A stretch of DNA of 64,000 nucleotides from positions 1 through 64,000 of the forward strand of contig JBCBZJ010000006.1 of assembly GCA_039815375.1 (NCBI GenBank). Reading direction: 5' to 3'. Made by a program: the position numbers and the translations under genes. Below the pieces are notes generated by a model. It was not told the origin of the DNA, did no database searches, and saw nothing but the letters and a program-made list of their open reading frames with translations. Numbering within the stretch: the first letter of the stretch is position 1; the number at the start of each line of letters is the position of its first letter. Source of the DNA: Verrucomicrobiota bacterium. GTDB lineage: Bacteria > Verrucomicrobiota > Verrucomicrobiia > Opitutales > Coraliomargaritaceae. Positions 11,097 to 20,591 of this stretch are shown piece after piece.

Positions 11097-11597
11097 ATGA
11101 ATACAATCAAAGCTTACACCATCATGTTAATTGCTGCGGCTCTCGGAGGCTGCGCTACGACCCCCACAACATATCCGGAAGCGACCGTCACAACGGAACA
11201 TATAAAACGTGTTGGAGGAGAACTCCTTGATGCCCCTGAAGCAATCACTGGAGTGAAATGGAATGAAAAGGAGATTCTCTTTTTCGGTAAGACTAGTCGC
11301 GTCCCACTCATAAAGGAACATGGACTTGGGGTCATTTTCGACCTTCACTCAAGCTTCCCGGAAGTAAGTTTCGTAGACCTAAAGGTCACCTATCCCAGAA
11401 TGTATTCAGAAACAAAGAAATATCCCGGGCTCATCGAAAGAAAACAAAAAATAGAATATGATTCGACCGGACGATATGTAAGTTTCGCTTACTACTTCGA
11501 CGAAGATTGGGAGCTAGTTGAAGGAATTTGGAATGTCACCATCTCACTGGATGACGCCATTATTGGCTCTGCAGAAATTGAGACTTACCACCCATAG
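11097..11597 (+). CDS. Lipoprotein, DUF3859-like (cassette 22)
   Basis: Lipobox LGGC; YYFDEDWELVEGIW C-terminal motif. Confidence 0.6.
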   Translation: MNTIKAYTIMLIAAALGGCATTPTTYPEATVTTEHIKRVGGELLDAPEAITGVKWNEKEILFFGKTSRVPLIKEHGLGVIFDLHSSFPEVSFVDLKVTYPRMYSETKKYPGLIERKQKIEYDSTGRYVSFAYYFDEDWELVEGIWNVTISLDDAIIGSAEIETYHP

Positions 11598-11669
11598 GCC
11601 GAACAGGTCGGAGTGAGCAACGGCTGCGCCGTCGCTCATCCTCGACGTTATGCCACACAAAAAGCAAAA

Positions 11670-12473
11670 ATGAGATACAACAAACTACTAATTATTGTTA
11701 TCCTCGCATTATCTATAACTCGTTTATTTGGCAGCAATATCCAGATTGGCTCCTTCGAAGCTGAAGTTTTAGCAGAATATGGTCAGCCTAAATCCAGCAT
11801 GGAAGCTGGCCGAAAGAAAATCATTATTTACGATGGTTTAAAAATCACTCTGTTAGATGGTGTTGTAACTAGCATCAAGAATACACCCCAACCTACAAAA
11901 CAAAGACCGTCGCCTACTTACAATTCGAGTAAAAAACCAAAGCCAACCACATCAAACCAAGTTAAAAAAGAACATGATGCCCCACTAGTGGTTGGAAGGT
12001 TCACAGAACGATCAATCAGTTTTTCTACTGGCGACACAGTCGAAATAGAAGCACCAATCAATTTTGAACCGCTTAAAAAAGTAGACTCTCTTGTCCAACC
12101 CGCGAGCATATACGCTTCGAAAGCCTTCAGTAGTAAATTCATGCTCAACATATCCACAATGCCTCTTGATCGAGAGCACAGGAAGCTAAGTGCTTCTGAC
12201 GTGGCCAAGGAGTCGATTGTTGCCGCTGGCATAGCCTATACAAATTATAATCTAATCTTTCAGCGAAACATCACAGTTGATCGCCGCAAAGCATCCTACC
12301 ACAGAACAGAGGGCATCCCAAAATATGGAATAAAGGAACTCACAAGAAATGATGTTATTACGATAAAAAAAGGATCAAATCTCATTTTCGTAAGTGTAGA
12401 AGGTCCAGCCAAAGAATTTGATTCAATCGAATCCTATATCACTCAGATACTAAACAGTATCAAATTAAAATAG
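11670..12473 (+). CDS. Secreted hypothetical protein, C-terminal PsbP/DUF1795-like fold (cassette 23)
   Basis: Signal peptide, Pro/Thr linker, C-terminal FDSIESYITQILNSIK helix. Confidence 0.6.
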   Translation: MRYNKLLIIVILALSITRLFGSNIQIGSFEAEVLAEYGQPKSSMEAGRKKIIIYDGLKITLLDGVVTSIKNTPQPTKQRPSPTYNSSKKPKPTTSNQVKKEHDAPLVVGRFTERSISFSTGDTVEIEAPINFEPLKKVDSLVQPASIYASKAFSSKFMLNISTMPLDREHRKLSASDVAKESIVAAGIAYTNYNLIFQRNITVDRRKASYHRTEGIPKYGIKELTRNDVITIKKGSNLIFVSVEGPAKEFDSIESYITQILNSIKLK

Positions 12474-12550
12474 GGCCATAACCTGACGATCGTGGCAACG
12501 ACTGTGCTGCGCACAGTCGTTGCCACATCTCTACGTAAGAAAAGAAACTC

Positions 12551-12859
12551 ATGGAAATACTAACACACCCTGGATTCATCGGAGGGATACTTGGCAGCAT
12601 ATTCGGGCTCATTGGCGGCGGCTTTGGTATCTATTGCACATTAAAGAGAGCTCAAGATGCCACACTGAAGAAAGCCATATGGATTTTTTCGGGATTAATT
12701 GTAGCTCTCGTCGGAGTTTTTATCACTACAACGTATCTTATGCCTCAGCCGTATAAGTATTTTCTATTTCTGCCTTATTTAGTGGTTCTTTTTTTGTTAA
12801 TTTTCCGTTTCAACAAGATTTATCAAAAATCGAACAAATCAGGAGAGCCAAGTCGCTAA
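12551..12859 (+). CDS. Small membrane protein (cassette 24)
   Basis: Gly-rich TM GFIGGILGSIFGLIGGGFGIY; three TM segments. Confidence 0.7.
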   Translation: MEILTHPGFIGGILGSIFGLIGGGFGIYCTLKRAQDATLKKAIWIFSGLIVALVGVFITTTYLMPQPYKYFLFLPYLVVLFLLIFRFNKIYQKSNKSGEPSR

Positions 12860-12955
12860 CGTTCATGGCTCCCTTGTAACGTGGACGAAAAAATAATTTC
12901 TTCTTGTGTGACATGCAAGCCGAGGGCCTGAGGGCAGGCCTCACTGCTTTCCTGC

Positions 12956-15187
12956 CTAACTTGTCACGGCCAACATCACCTCGTCGATTGAGCCGGATGA
13001 TGTAATCAAGTCGCGCTTGTGCTCGGCTCGGCAACAGCGGGCAATCTCTGAAAGCGCTGTCAGGTGGCCCTCGGTGTCGCCTTCAGGACTGAGAAGAAAG
13101 AAGACGAACTGCAGGTCTTGCTGGGTCTCACTCAGTGTCAGCGGATCACTCAATTTCGCGACGTAGCAGACGCGTGACTCGAGTGCTTCGCTGTAGACGT
13201 GGGGGATGGCAATACTTCGCTTGTAGAAGGCGGGCTTGGTGCTGCCTTGTTCGGTCAGATCACTCAGGATGTCTTCCTTCGATAGGGTCTCGTTCCGGGA
13301 ACAGGCGACTTCAACCAGAGTCTGGTAAAGTTCGACGACGCTGTCGCAGTTGATCTCAATATAGTCGCCGCTTTTGAGTGCTCGAAGAAGAAAGCCTTCG
13401 GAACGGCGCAGGCAGATGATCTCGTCCTCGGGCTTGGCCATTTCCTTCAGCGCTGTATCTTGCGGGACTGCCTTGAGCTGTTTGCCGCGTCTTAGATAGA
13501 GCGGATGCCAATCGCCTGAGGGCAAAGTCATATCTTCCTTCCAGACGACTACCTCAAAGTTGCTCTCCCCCTGCATGAGTTCGGTGCTGATAAAGGCAGG
13601 GCGGGTGAGGTTGCCAAAGACGGACTGACCTTTGAGTTGATCTTCTGAGGTCGGGCTATCCTTAGGTATCCAGCCAAAGACTTTTTCGTTGTCGATTTGT
13701 TCGGCCCAGCGCTGCATTAAAATCTGGTTGAGCTCGACGTTGTCGGTGAGGGCAAGGACGGTGCCGGTTCCGTAGAGCCGTTCTTCTTCTTCGTAGAGTT
13801 TCTCGGCTTCCATGCCATCGGCATGGATTGCGTTTAGAGCATCTTTTTGTGCCAGTGAGATGTTGCGGGAGTTGAGGTCTAACAGAATGACATCCTGCAC
13901 ATCCTCCCGTGTGAGTTTTTTTGCCAACTCGCGACCGAAATAATGTGCACCGATAATAACGATATCATTTGGTGCAGGACGCTTAAGGCCGAGCAGCTTG
14001 GCGAACATGCCGGCTGAAAGGCCCTGGAGTAAAACAGTCGCGCAGATCACTGAATAGACGAATGACTCCAACAGTGCAGGGTCTCCGACCGGGTTTTCCT
14101 GTTTGCTAAGGGAGAGCGCAAAAAGCGAGGCCATTGAAGCGGCGACGACCCCACGTGGCGCGACCCAGCTGAGCAGGGCTTTTTCACGGATATTGAGTGA
14201 TGTGCCCCATGAGGAGGCGATAATACTGATCGGGCGTATCAGCATAATAACCGCAAACAGGATCCATCCGCCTCCGATTTTAAAGAAGTCGATAAACTGC
14301 TGAATTTCCAGCCGGGCAACAAGGAGTAGGAATAGCATGCCGATCAATAGATCGACGATTTCGGCTTTGAATGCCTTGATCTCGCGGAGCTGGCGGGGCT
14401 TCTTAAGGCCGACGATGAGGCCGGCAATCGTGACTGAGAGAAGGCCTGCTTCGGGCTTGATGATTTCTGTGGCACCAAAAATCAGCATAGCACCAGCGAC
14501 TGCGAACGCATTGACGATGTTGTCTGGAACCCAACCACGCTTCATCATCCAGTAGATGGCATAGCCACCGCCAAAACCGATTCCGATGCCGCTGATGACA
14601 CGGATCATAAAGTTCGGTAAAGCAACTGCTCCTCCGCCTTCGACGACCCACTCGAAACAGAGAATAGCAATGAAGACGCCGATCGAATCGATCAAGACGC
14701 CTTCCCAGTGGAGGATGCTACTGATTTTCTGGTGCACCCGGACTCTTCTTAGCAATGGAACGATGACTGTTGGTCCGGTCACGATGACACAGCTGCCCAT
14801 GAGCAAGGCGTAAGAGGGTGAGGTTTCGAAAACGATCCAAGCTGCCAAAGCGGCACCAAACCAGGTAATCAGAACACCGACTGTAAGCAGCCGTTTTATA
14901 ACCGTCGAGGTCTGCGCAAATTGCTTCAGGTCCAGAGTAAGGCCGCCCTCAAAGAGAATCAGGCCCACGGCAAGAGAAACAATCATCGGGAGATATTCTC
15001 CGAGCGCATCAGGCTGGAGTATCCCGATCCCTTCCGGGCCGAGCGCGAAGCCGCCCAGAAGCAGCAGCACGATCGTTGGTAAATGCAGCCGCCGTGAGAG
15101 GACGGTTAACAGGCAGCCGGCACCAACCGCGAAACAGAGGCTCCAAAGAGCACCCTGTGTATCGGCAAGTGCTAGGATTGAGAGCAT
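12956..15187 (-). CDS. NhaP-type cation:proton antiporter with RCK/TrkA-N-like and C-terminal PTS EIIA-like domains
   Basis: ILFEGGL, TGPTVI and APRGVVAA (CPA1 motifs); IIGAHYFG; IAIPH. Confidence 0.85.
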   Translation of the reverse strand: MLSILALADTQGALWSLCFAVGAGCLLTVLSRRLHLPTIVLLLLGGFALGPEGIGILQPDALGEYLPMIVSLAVGLILFEGGLTLDLKQFAQTSTVIKRLLTVGVLITWFGAALAAWIVFETSPSYALLMGSCVIVTGPTVIVPLLRRVRVHQKISSILHWEGVLIDSIGVFIAILCFEWVVEGGGAVALPNFMIRVISGIGIGFGGGYAIYWMMKRGWVPDNIVNAFAVAGAMLIFGATEIIKPEAGLLSVTIAGLIVGLKKPRQLREIKAFKAEIVDLLIGMLFLLLVARLEIQQFIDFFKIGGGWILFAVIMLIRPISIIASSWGTSLNIREKALLSWVAPRGVVAASMASLFALSLSKQENPVGDPALLESFVYSVICATVLLQGLSAGMFAKLLGLKRPAPNDIVIIGAHYFGRELAKKLTREDVQDVILLDLNSRNISLAQKDALNAIHADGMEAEKLYEEEERLYGTGTVLALTDNVELNQILMQRWAEQIDNEKVFGWIPKDSPTSEDQLKGQSVFGNLTRPAFISTELMQGESNFEVVVWKEDMTLPSGDWHPLYLRRGKQLKAVPQDTALKEMAKPEDEIICLRRSEGFLLRALKSGDYIEINCDSVVELYQTLVEVACSRNETLSKEDILSDLTEQGSTKPAFYKRSIAIPHVYSEALESRVCYVAKLSDPLTLSETQQDLQFVFFLLSPEGDTEGHLTALSEIARCCRAEHKRDLITSSGSIDEVMLAVTS

Positions 15188-15279
15188 GTTTTCAGTTGTT
15201 TGTCGGATCTTGCGGGCTCTTGGTGTTTCAGGGCTGCGCTTTGCATCTATGCGCAATGATCAGCTCACAACATTCAACG

Positions 15280-16068
15280 CTAACTGTCAATTTGGTGGCA
15301 CATGTCATGTGCGGGTGCATCAACACCCATCTTGCCTACGATCTTGGCAGGCACGCCTGCGACACTCACATGTGGCGGCACATTCTTGAGAACCACGCTG
15401 CCTGCGCCAACTTTTGCACCCTTGCCGATCTCAACATTGCCGAGAATCTTGGCTCCTGCGCCAAGAAGCACTCCCGAGCAGACTTTCGGGTGACGATCGC
15501 CGCGCTCCTTTCCAGTCCCTCCAAGAGTCACTTCATGGAGAATGGAAACATCATCTTCGATCACAGCAGTTTCACCTGCGACGAAACCGGTTGCATGATC
15601 AAGCAGAATGCCGCACGAGATTTTCGCAGCAGGGTGGATATCTACCGAAAAGGTTTCTGCAATCAGACTCTGGAGGTAGAGCGCAAAGTCACGACGACCT
15701 GCATTCCAAAGGTAATGCGAGACACGGTAGCAAACCAGAGACTGGAAGCCCTTGAAAAAAAGCAGTGGCGTGAGCACGTCCGGGCAGGCCGGGTCGCGAT
15801 CATTGGCAGCGATCATGTCGCAGGCGATTTGATCCAGAATCTTGGGTTCGTTCTCGAATGCCTCCAGGAAAACGCCGTGCAGCACCTCGACCGAGGCAGA
15901 ATGGCGCGCCAACTTCCGGGCAATTCGATAGGTCAGACACTCAGCCAGTGAGTTTCGGTCCAGAACAGTTTCGTTGAGCAGGACAGCCATTGCAGGCTCT
16001 TTGTTAACAATTTGTGTGGCGCGTTCGCGGAGCTCTTCCCAATGCGCCTCAAGATCAATAGGTTTCAT
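15280..16068 (-). CDS. cysE: Serine O-acetyltransferase
   Basis: DIHPAAKI..GILLDHATG, GGTGKERGDRHPK and hexapeptide repeats. Confidence 0.95.
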   Translation of the reverse strand: MKPIDLEAHWEELRERATQIVNKEPAMAVLLNETVLDRNSLAECLTYRIARKLARHSASVEVLHGVFLEAFENEPKILDQIACDMIAANDRDPACPDVLTPLLFFKGFQSLVCYRVSHYLWNAGRRDFALYLQSLIAETFSVDIHPAAKISCGILLDHATGFVAGETAVIEDDVSILHEVTLGGTGKERGDRHPKVCSGVLLGAGAKILGNVEIGKGAKVGAGSVVLKNVPPHVSVAGVPAKIVGKMGVDAPAHDMCHQIDS

Positions 16069-16278
16069 GAAATTAAGAGGATTGCTTCGTAAACTAGACC
16101 CGATGTGTAGTTTCAGGTAAAGCCTTCCTTTTGAATTTAGTCTTCTGCGAGTAAATTGGGAAGGGAATACTTGGTATTAGTTTGAAAGCTATTCGGTCCA
16201 CGCACGACAAAGCTGCTATTTCGTATTGATTCACTCAGATCGGGCCACAATTCTTCACTTTTCCTCAACAAAACATCT

Positions 16279-17184
16279 ATGGATACAGGACTTCTTTTCT
16301 CCGGACAGGGCGCGCAGCAGATCGGCATGGGGCGCTCTTTATATGAAAACTCTGAGATCGCCAGGTCGCTCTACGACAGGGCAAATGAAGTGCTTGGCTG
16401 GGACCTGAAGACAATCTGTTTCGAGGGCCCTGATGAGGCCCTGACGGAAACCAAGGTCTGCCAGCCGGCACTCTATGTCCAGGGCTATGTCATCTATGAG
16501 ATTCTCAAAGAGCAGGGTAAGCTTGAGGGCCTGAAGGCAGTCTGTGGACTGAGTTTGGGTGAGTTGACGGCTTTGGCAGTTGCTGGTGTCTATGATTTTG
16601 CCACCGGACTTCAATTGGTTGCTGAGCGCGGGCGCCTCATGCAGCTCGCCTGCGATGCCACCAGAGGCGGAATGGCCGCTGTGATCGGTGGAACTCCTGA
16701 GGAGGTGCAGGCCTTTTGTGATGAGTTCGACATCGAGATCGCCAATCTGAATTGTCCCGGCCAAATTGTAATTTCCGGCGAAAACGAAAAAGTGCTGGAG
16801 GCGGTTGCTGCCTCAAAGGGCCGTTTTAAACTCTGCAAACCGCTCAACGTAGCCGGCGCCTATCATAGCCGTCTCATGGTTTCTGCGCGCGACGCGTTTG
16901 CGGGCTTCATCAAGGACTTCGATTTCAAGGCACCGGAGCTTGCGGTTTATACCAATGTAACGGGTGCTCGTGTTATCGAGGTGGACGAAATTAAAGACTG
17001 TTTGGTCAAGCAGGTCGTTTCCTCGGTTCGTTTTGAGGACTGCTTGCGCAATATGGCTTCAGAGAACGGCCTGAGCGATTTCTATGAGTGTGGTCCGGGC
17101 AAGGTCCTTGCCGGTTTTGCGAAACGCACGGATAAAGCACTCACGGTGTCTCCAATTTCTGAATACGGAGATATTCCGGACTAG
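16279..17184 (+). CDS. fabD: Malonyl-CoA:ACP transacylase
   Basis: FSGQGAQ, GLSLGE, GAYHS and ECGPGKVL motifs. Confidence 0.95.
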   Translation: MDTGLLFSGQGAQQIGMGRSLYENSEIARSLYDRANEVLGWDLKTICFEGPDEALTETKVCQPALYVQGYVIYEILKEQGKLEGLKAVCGLSLGELTALAVAGVYDFATGLQLVAERGRLMQLACDATRGGMAAVIGGTPEEVQAFCDEFDIEIANLNCPGQIVISGENEKVLEAVAASKGRFKLCKPLNVAGAYHSRLMVSARDAFAGFIKDFDFKAPELAVYTNVTGARVIEVDEIKDCLVKQVVSSVRFEDCLRNMASENGLSDFYECGPGKVLAGFAKRTDKALTVSPISEYGDIPD

Positions 17185-17188
17185 GCTG

Positions 17189-18613
17189 ATGCGGATCTAC
17201 TTCATGGGCATATGCGGCACGGCCATGGGTAATGCTGCTCTTCTGCTCAGAGAGCAGGGCCACGAAGTGCTTGGGTCTGACAGTGGCGTCTACCCGCCCA
17301 TGTCGAATGTGTTGGCTGATGCAGGTATCGAGGTTCTCGAAGGTTTTGATGCTGCACGTCTGCTCCAACTGAAACCGGATCGGGTTGTCGTCGGCAATGC
17401 CATGAGTCGCGGTAACGTCGAGGTGGAGTGGCTGCTGAATCAGTCCGGTATCCCTTATGTTTCATTGCCGCAGCTCTTTCATGGTCTGGTTCTTCCGGGT
17501 CGTATTCCGGTCGTCGTTACAGGAACGCATGGGAAGACCACCACGTCGACAATGACGGCTTTTCTTCTTCAGCGTTCCGGAGTTGAGCCGGGTTGGTTGA
17601 TTGGAGGGGTGCCGAACGATTTATCGAGCGGTGCCTTTCTGGGGCAGGGCAAAGCCTTTGTTATCGAGGGCGATGAATATGATTCAGCCTTCTTTGATAA
17701 GCGGAGTAAGTTCATTCATTATCGGCCACAGGTGGCTGTGCTGAACAACCTTGAATTCGATCATGCGGACATTTTTCGAGACCTTGAAGATGTGAAGCGG
17801 ACCTTCCGGCATTTCCTCCGAATTATCCCCAGTTCGGGATATGCTCTAGTCAATGGAGACGATGAAAACCTCGCTTCTCTGCTGCCGGTTGATTGGACAC
17901 AGGTGATCAAAGTGGGGATTGGAGAGGATAATGATCTTCGGATCCTGAATTTCACAGATTCGGCATCGGGTGCCTCCTTTGATTTAATATGGAAGGGTAG
18001 GCTCTGGGAACATGTATCTTTGCAGCTGCACGGTTTGTTCAATGCAAGGAATGCGGCGATGGCCGCATTGGCCTCGGCCTGTGCGAGCGGTTTGGAGGAT
18101 CCGAGGGATTTTGATCTTTCATCACTTTCGAAATTTTCCGGAGTGCGTCGCCGTCAGGATGTTCTTTTTGAAAACGATGCGTGGATTGTGATCGAAGATT
18201 TTGCCCACCATCCCACTGCCATTGCTGGTGCAATCGAGGCGCTGCGCTCCGCCTATCCGGATAAGAAGATGACGGTTTGTTTCGAGCCGCGTAGCAATAC
18301 TGCAGTCACTGCAGTTTTTCAAGATGGGTTTACTCAGGTTTTATCTGCCGCGGATCGCGTTTATCTGGGTGTGGTGCATCGCGCAGAACGAATCAAAGAT
18401 TCGGAACGCCTCGATACTTCAAGGATGGCTGATGCGATTAAGAACTCGGGAAAGGTGGCTTATGCCTGCACAACCCACAAGGAACTGGCGGATCGACTTT
18501 TTCAGGATATCAGCGAGGCGGCCGGCGGTCTAATTGTATTCTTCACCAATGGTTCTTTTGACGGGGTGCCCAAAAAAACCGCTGACCGAATGGCCAGCGG
18601 TTTGAAATTCTAG
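17189..18613 (+). CDS. mpl: Murein tripeptide ligase (Mur ligase family)
   Basis: GICGTAMG, GTHGKTTT, EGDEYDSAFFDKRSKF and DFAHHPTA motifs. Confidence 0.9.
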   Translation: MRIYFMGICGTAMGNAALLLREQGHEVLGSDSGVYPPMSNVLADAGIEVLEGFDAARLLQLKPDRVVVGNAMSRGNVEVEWLLNQSGIPYVSLPQLFHGLVLPGRIPVVVTGTHGKTTTSTMTAFLLQRSGVEPGWLIGGVPNDLSSGAFLGQGKAFVIEGDEYDSAFFDKRSKFIHYRPQVAVLNNLEFDHADIFRDLEDVKRTFRHFLRIIPSSGYALVNGDDENLASLLPVDWTQVIKVGIGEDNDLRILNFTDSASGASFDLIWKGRLWEHVSLQLHGLFNARNAAMAALASACASGLEDPRDFDLSSLSKFSGVRRRQDVLFENDAWIVIEDFAHHPTAIAGAIEALRSAYPDKKMTVCFEPRSNTAVTAVFQDGFTQVLSAADRVYLGVVHRAERIKDSERLDTSRMADAIKNSGKVAYACTTHKELADRLFQDISEAAGGLIVFFTNGSFDGVPKKTADRMASGLKF

Positions 18614-18625
18614 GTTGATTACAAC

Positions 18626-18943
18626 TTAAGCAATCTTGGCCTTCAGATCTTCCTTGGAGGAAAGACCTACGACTGTTTCAGCGACGGCGCCACCTTTGAA
18701 GATAAGGATAGTAGGTATTGCCCGGATCTCATACTTACCGGCGATCTCGCTGTTATTGTCGACATTTACCTTACAGATTTTTACGGAATCCCCCAGCTCA
18801 TCAGCCAGTTCTTCGAGAATAGGCGCAATTGCTTTGCAAGGGCCGCACCAAGGTGCCCAGAAGTCTACGACGACTGGCACGGCGCCATTGGTTACGGCTG
18901 TATCAAAACTGGAGCTGTCTAGTTCGGTGATTTTATCGGACAT
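18626..18943 (-). CDS. trxA: Thioredoxin
   Basis: WCGPC active site. Confidence 0.97.
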   Translation of the reverse strand: MSDKITELDSSSFDTAVTNGAVPVVVDFWAPWCGPCKAIAPILEELADELGDSVKICKVNVDNNSEIAGKYEIRAIPTILIFKGGAVAETVVGLSSKEDLKAKIA

Positions 18944-18969
18944 GTATGGTGTGTTGTTGTTTTATATGA

Positions 18970-19323
18970 TTATTTTAAGAATGGTAGTGCGTCCTGTATC
19001 AAGAGGACTGTAAATGCGATCGCAATCGCCGCTGCTGCTGCATCCAACACAAGCGCAGGAATGGTGATAGAATCTTTTTCTTGTTCATCATCATCTTCGT
19101 CTTCTTCGTCGAAAGTTATTGAAGAGTCCGCGTTTGTGGTAGCGGGCTCTGCAACAGGATCCTCCTTTACCTCGTCAAAGGTGATCGGTTTCGCAATGGG
19201 TTTTGGGGGTGGCGAAGGCAATGCCGAGTTTTTTGTTTCGGCAGCAACTTCGGGTGTGGCTTCGGGTGCCGATTCAGCGAGGTCCTCGAAGGACGGAGAT
19301 GGTTTTTCCGGGGTATCACTCAT
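18970..19323 (-). CDS. Hypothetical acidic low-complexity protein with C-terminal TM
   Basis: ORF in operon context; C-terminal hydrophobic helix. Confidence 0.65.
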   Translation of the reverse strand: MSDTPEKPSPSFEDLAESAPEATPEVAAETKNSALPSPPPKPIAKPITFDEVKEDPVAEPATTNADSSITFDEEDEDDDEQEKDSITIPALVLDAAAAAIAIAFTVLLIQDALPFLK

Positions 19324-19367
19324 AAGTTTGGCAATCTAAGTCAGCTATTCCTACTGTCAAGCGGCGC

Positions 19368-19634
19368 TTAATCAGGTTTGTTTTTGTGAATAATCTCGGC
19401 GAGTTCGTTACTCTCGACCTCATCGAGTGTTTTGCCTTTACGATTAAGGGTTTCAAAGGTCTTGACCACGGTTTCCGTCATGCGGCTGTGGGTTTCTTCC
19501 GATCCACCCACAATGGAAAATTGCTCGGCTTGAGTAATGCGTTTGTGGCCATCTTCATTGTCCAAACCAAGACCGATCAAATGCTTCTTCGGCGGCTGCT
19601 TCGGTTTCGAGGATGTTTTCTCTATTCTGTTCAT
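19368..19634 (-). CDS. Hypothetical protein
   Basis: Protein-like LIGLGLDNEDGHKRIT..FSIVGGSEETH; follows scpA. Confidence 0.7.
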   Translation of the reverse strand: MNRIEKTSSKPKQPPKKHLIGLGLDNEDGHKRITQAEQFSIVGGSEETHSRMTETVVKTFETLNRKGKTLDEVESNELAEIIHKNKPD

Positions 19635-19662
19635 TCGAAAAAATGGGTGCTTGTGTCTGGTA

Positions 19663-20409
19663 TTACTCGACACGTTCGCATCGTATGTCCGCAAATGCGG
19701 AATCTTGCTGCAAGCTGATTTTTCCCAGACGTGTGAGCTCCAGAACGGCAAGGAAGGAAGCGACAATCGTCGTCAGAGTGGTGGTTGATTCAAAGAGTTC
19801 GGAGAAAAGAAAGTAAGGCTCATGTTCAATACGCTTGAGAATAAGCTCCATTCTGTCGGCTACCGTGACCTGCTCGGCGTGGATTTCGCCTTCTGTAATG
19901 CGCTCTGCAAGGCGTCGAAGCACCTGATTAAAGGTGTTCCAGAGATCTACCCGATCAACCGGCCTGAGTGGGCGCTCAATGACTTCAACAGCTTCTCTTG
20001 GACCGATGCGTGCGATCAGATCATTACTGTTCAGGATTAGCTTTTGAATGTCCCCGGCAGCCTCCTTGAACTTGCGGTATTCGAGCAGCTGTTGAACCAG
20101 TTCCCAACGTGGATCCAGCTCTTCGTCTTCATTGTCTTCGTTGATGCCCTGGTCTTTCTTAGGGAGGAGCATGCGACTCTTGATATACATGAGCGTGGCG
20201 GCCATGACGAAAAACTCAACGGCGATTTCCAGATCGAGTTTTTCCATCGAGCCAAGCACTTCGATGTATTGGCCGGTGACCTCCTCAATTGGGATGTCGT
20301 AGATATCGACCTCGTTGCGCCGGATCAAATAGAGCAGTAAATCCAGAGTCCCTTCGAAGGCGGGCAAGCGGATCGCAAAATCGTTACTGGGGATGAGGGC
20401 TTCTTCCAT
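19663..20409 (-). CDS. scpA: Segregation and condensation protein A
   Basis: FEGTLDLLLYLI, AATLMYIKSRMLLP and FLAVLEL motifs. Confidence 0.93.
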   Translation of the reverse strand: MEEALIPSNDFAIRLPAFEGTLDLLLYLIRRNEVDIYDIPIEEVTGQYIEVLGSMEKLDLEIAVEFFVMAATLMYIKSRMLLPKKDQGINEDNEDEELDPRWELVQQLLEYRKFKEAAGDIQKLILNSNDLIARIGPREAVEVIERPLRPVDRVDLWNTFNQVLRRLAERITEGEIHAEQVTVADRMELILKRIEHEPYFLFSELFESTTTLTTIVASFLAVLELTRLGKISLQQDSAFADIRCERVE

Positions 20410-20414
20410 CTTCA

Positions 20415-20591
20415 AAGAGGACGTTTAATCAAATCTAAATATGGCTATTTTTAAGGCAGGGTGGACGAAATCGAACTCCAAATCTGGGTCACAATCAATT
20501 TGAATGACAATTCCCGCTTTGTTGGCTTCGATTTTGCGGCATATAAGAAGTAAAATAGCGTTTTTATCAATTTATTAGATCAATCTCTCTA
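20415..20591. repeat. MITE-like interspersed repeat, copy A
   Basis: Shares AGAGgACGTT..AAATCT.A..AT.G.TA..., GGTGGACGAAATCG and ..AGAAgTAAA..A.CG.TTTTA..AATT blocks with the copies at 26291 and 51606. Confidence 0.8.

Noticed and set aside
15076..15951. 291-aa + strand ORF
   Set aside because: Antisense shadow of cysE with no recognisable motifs.
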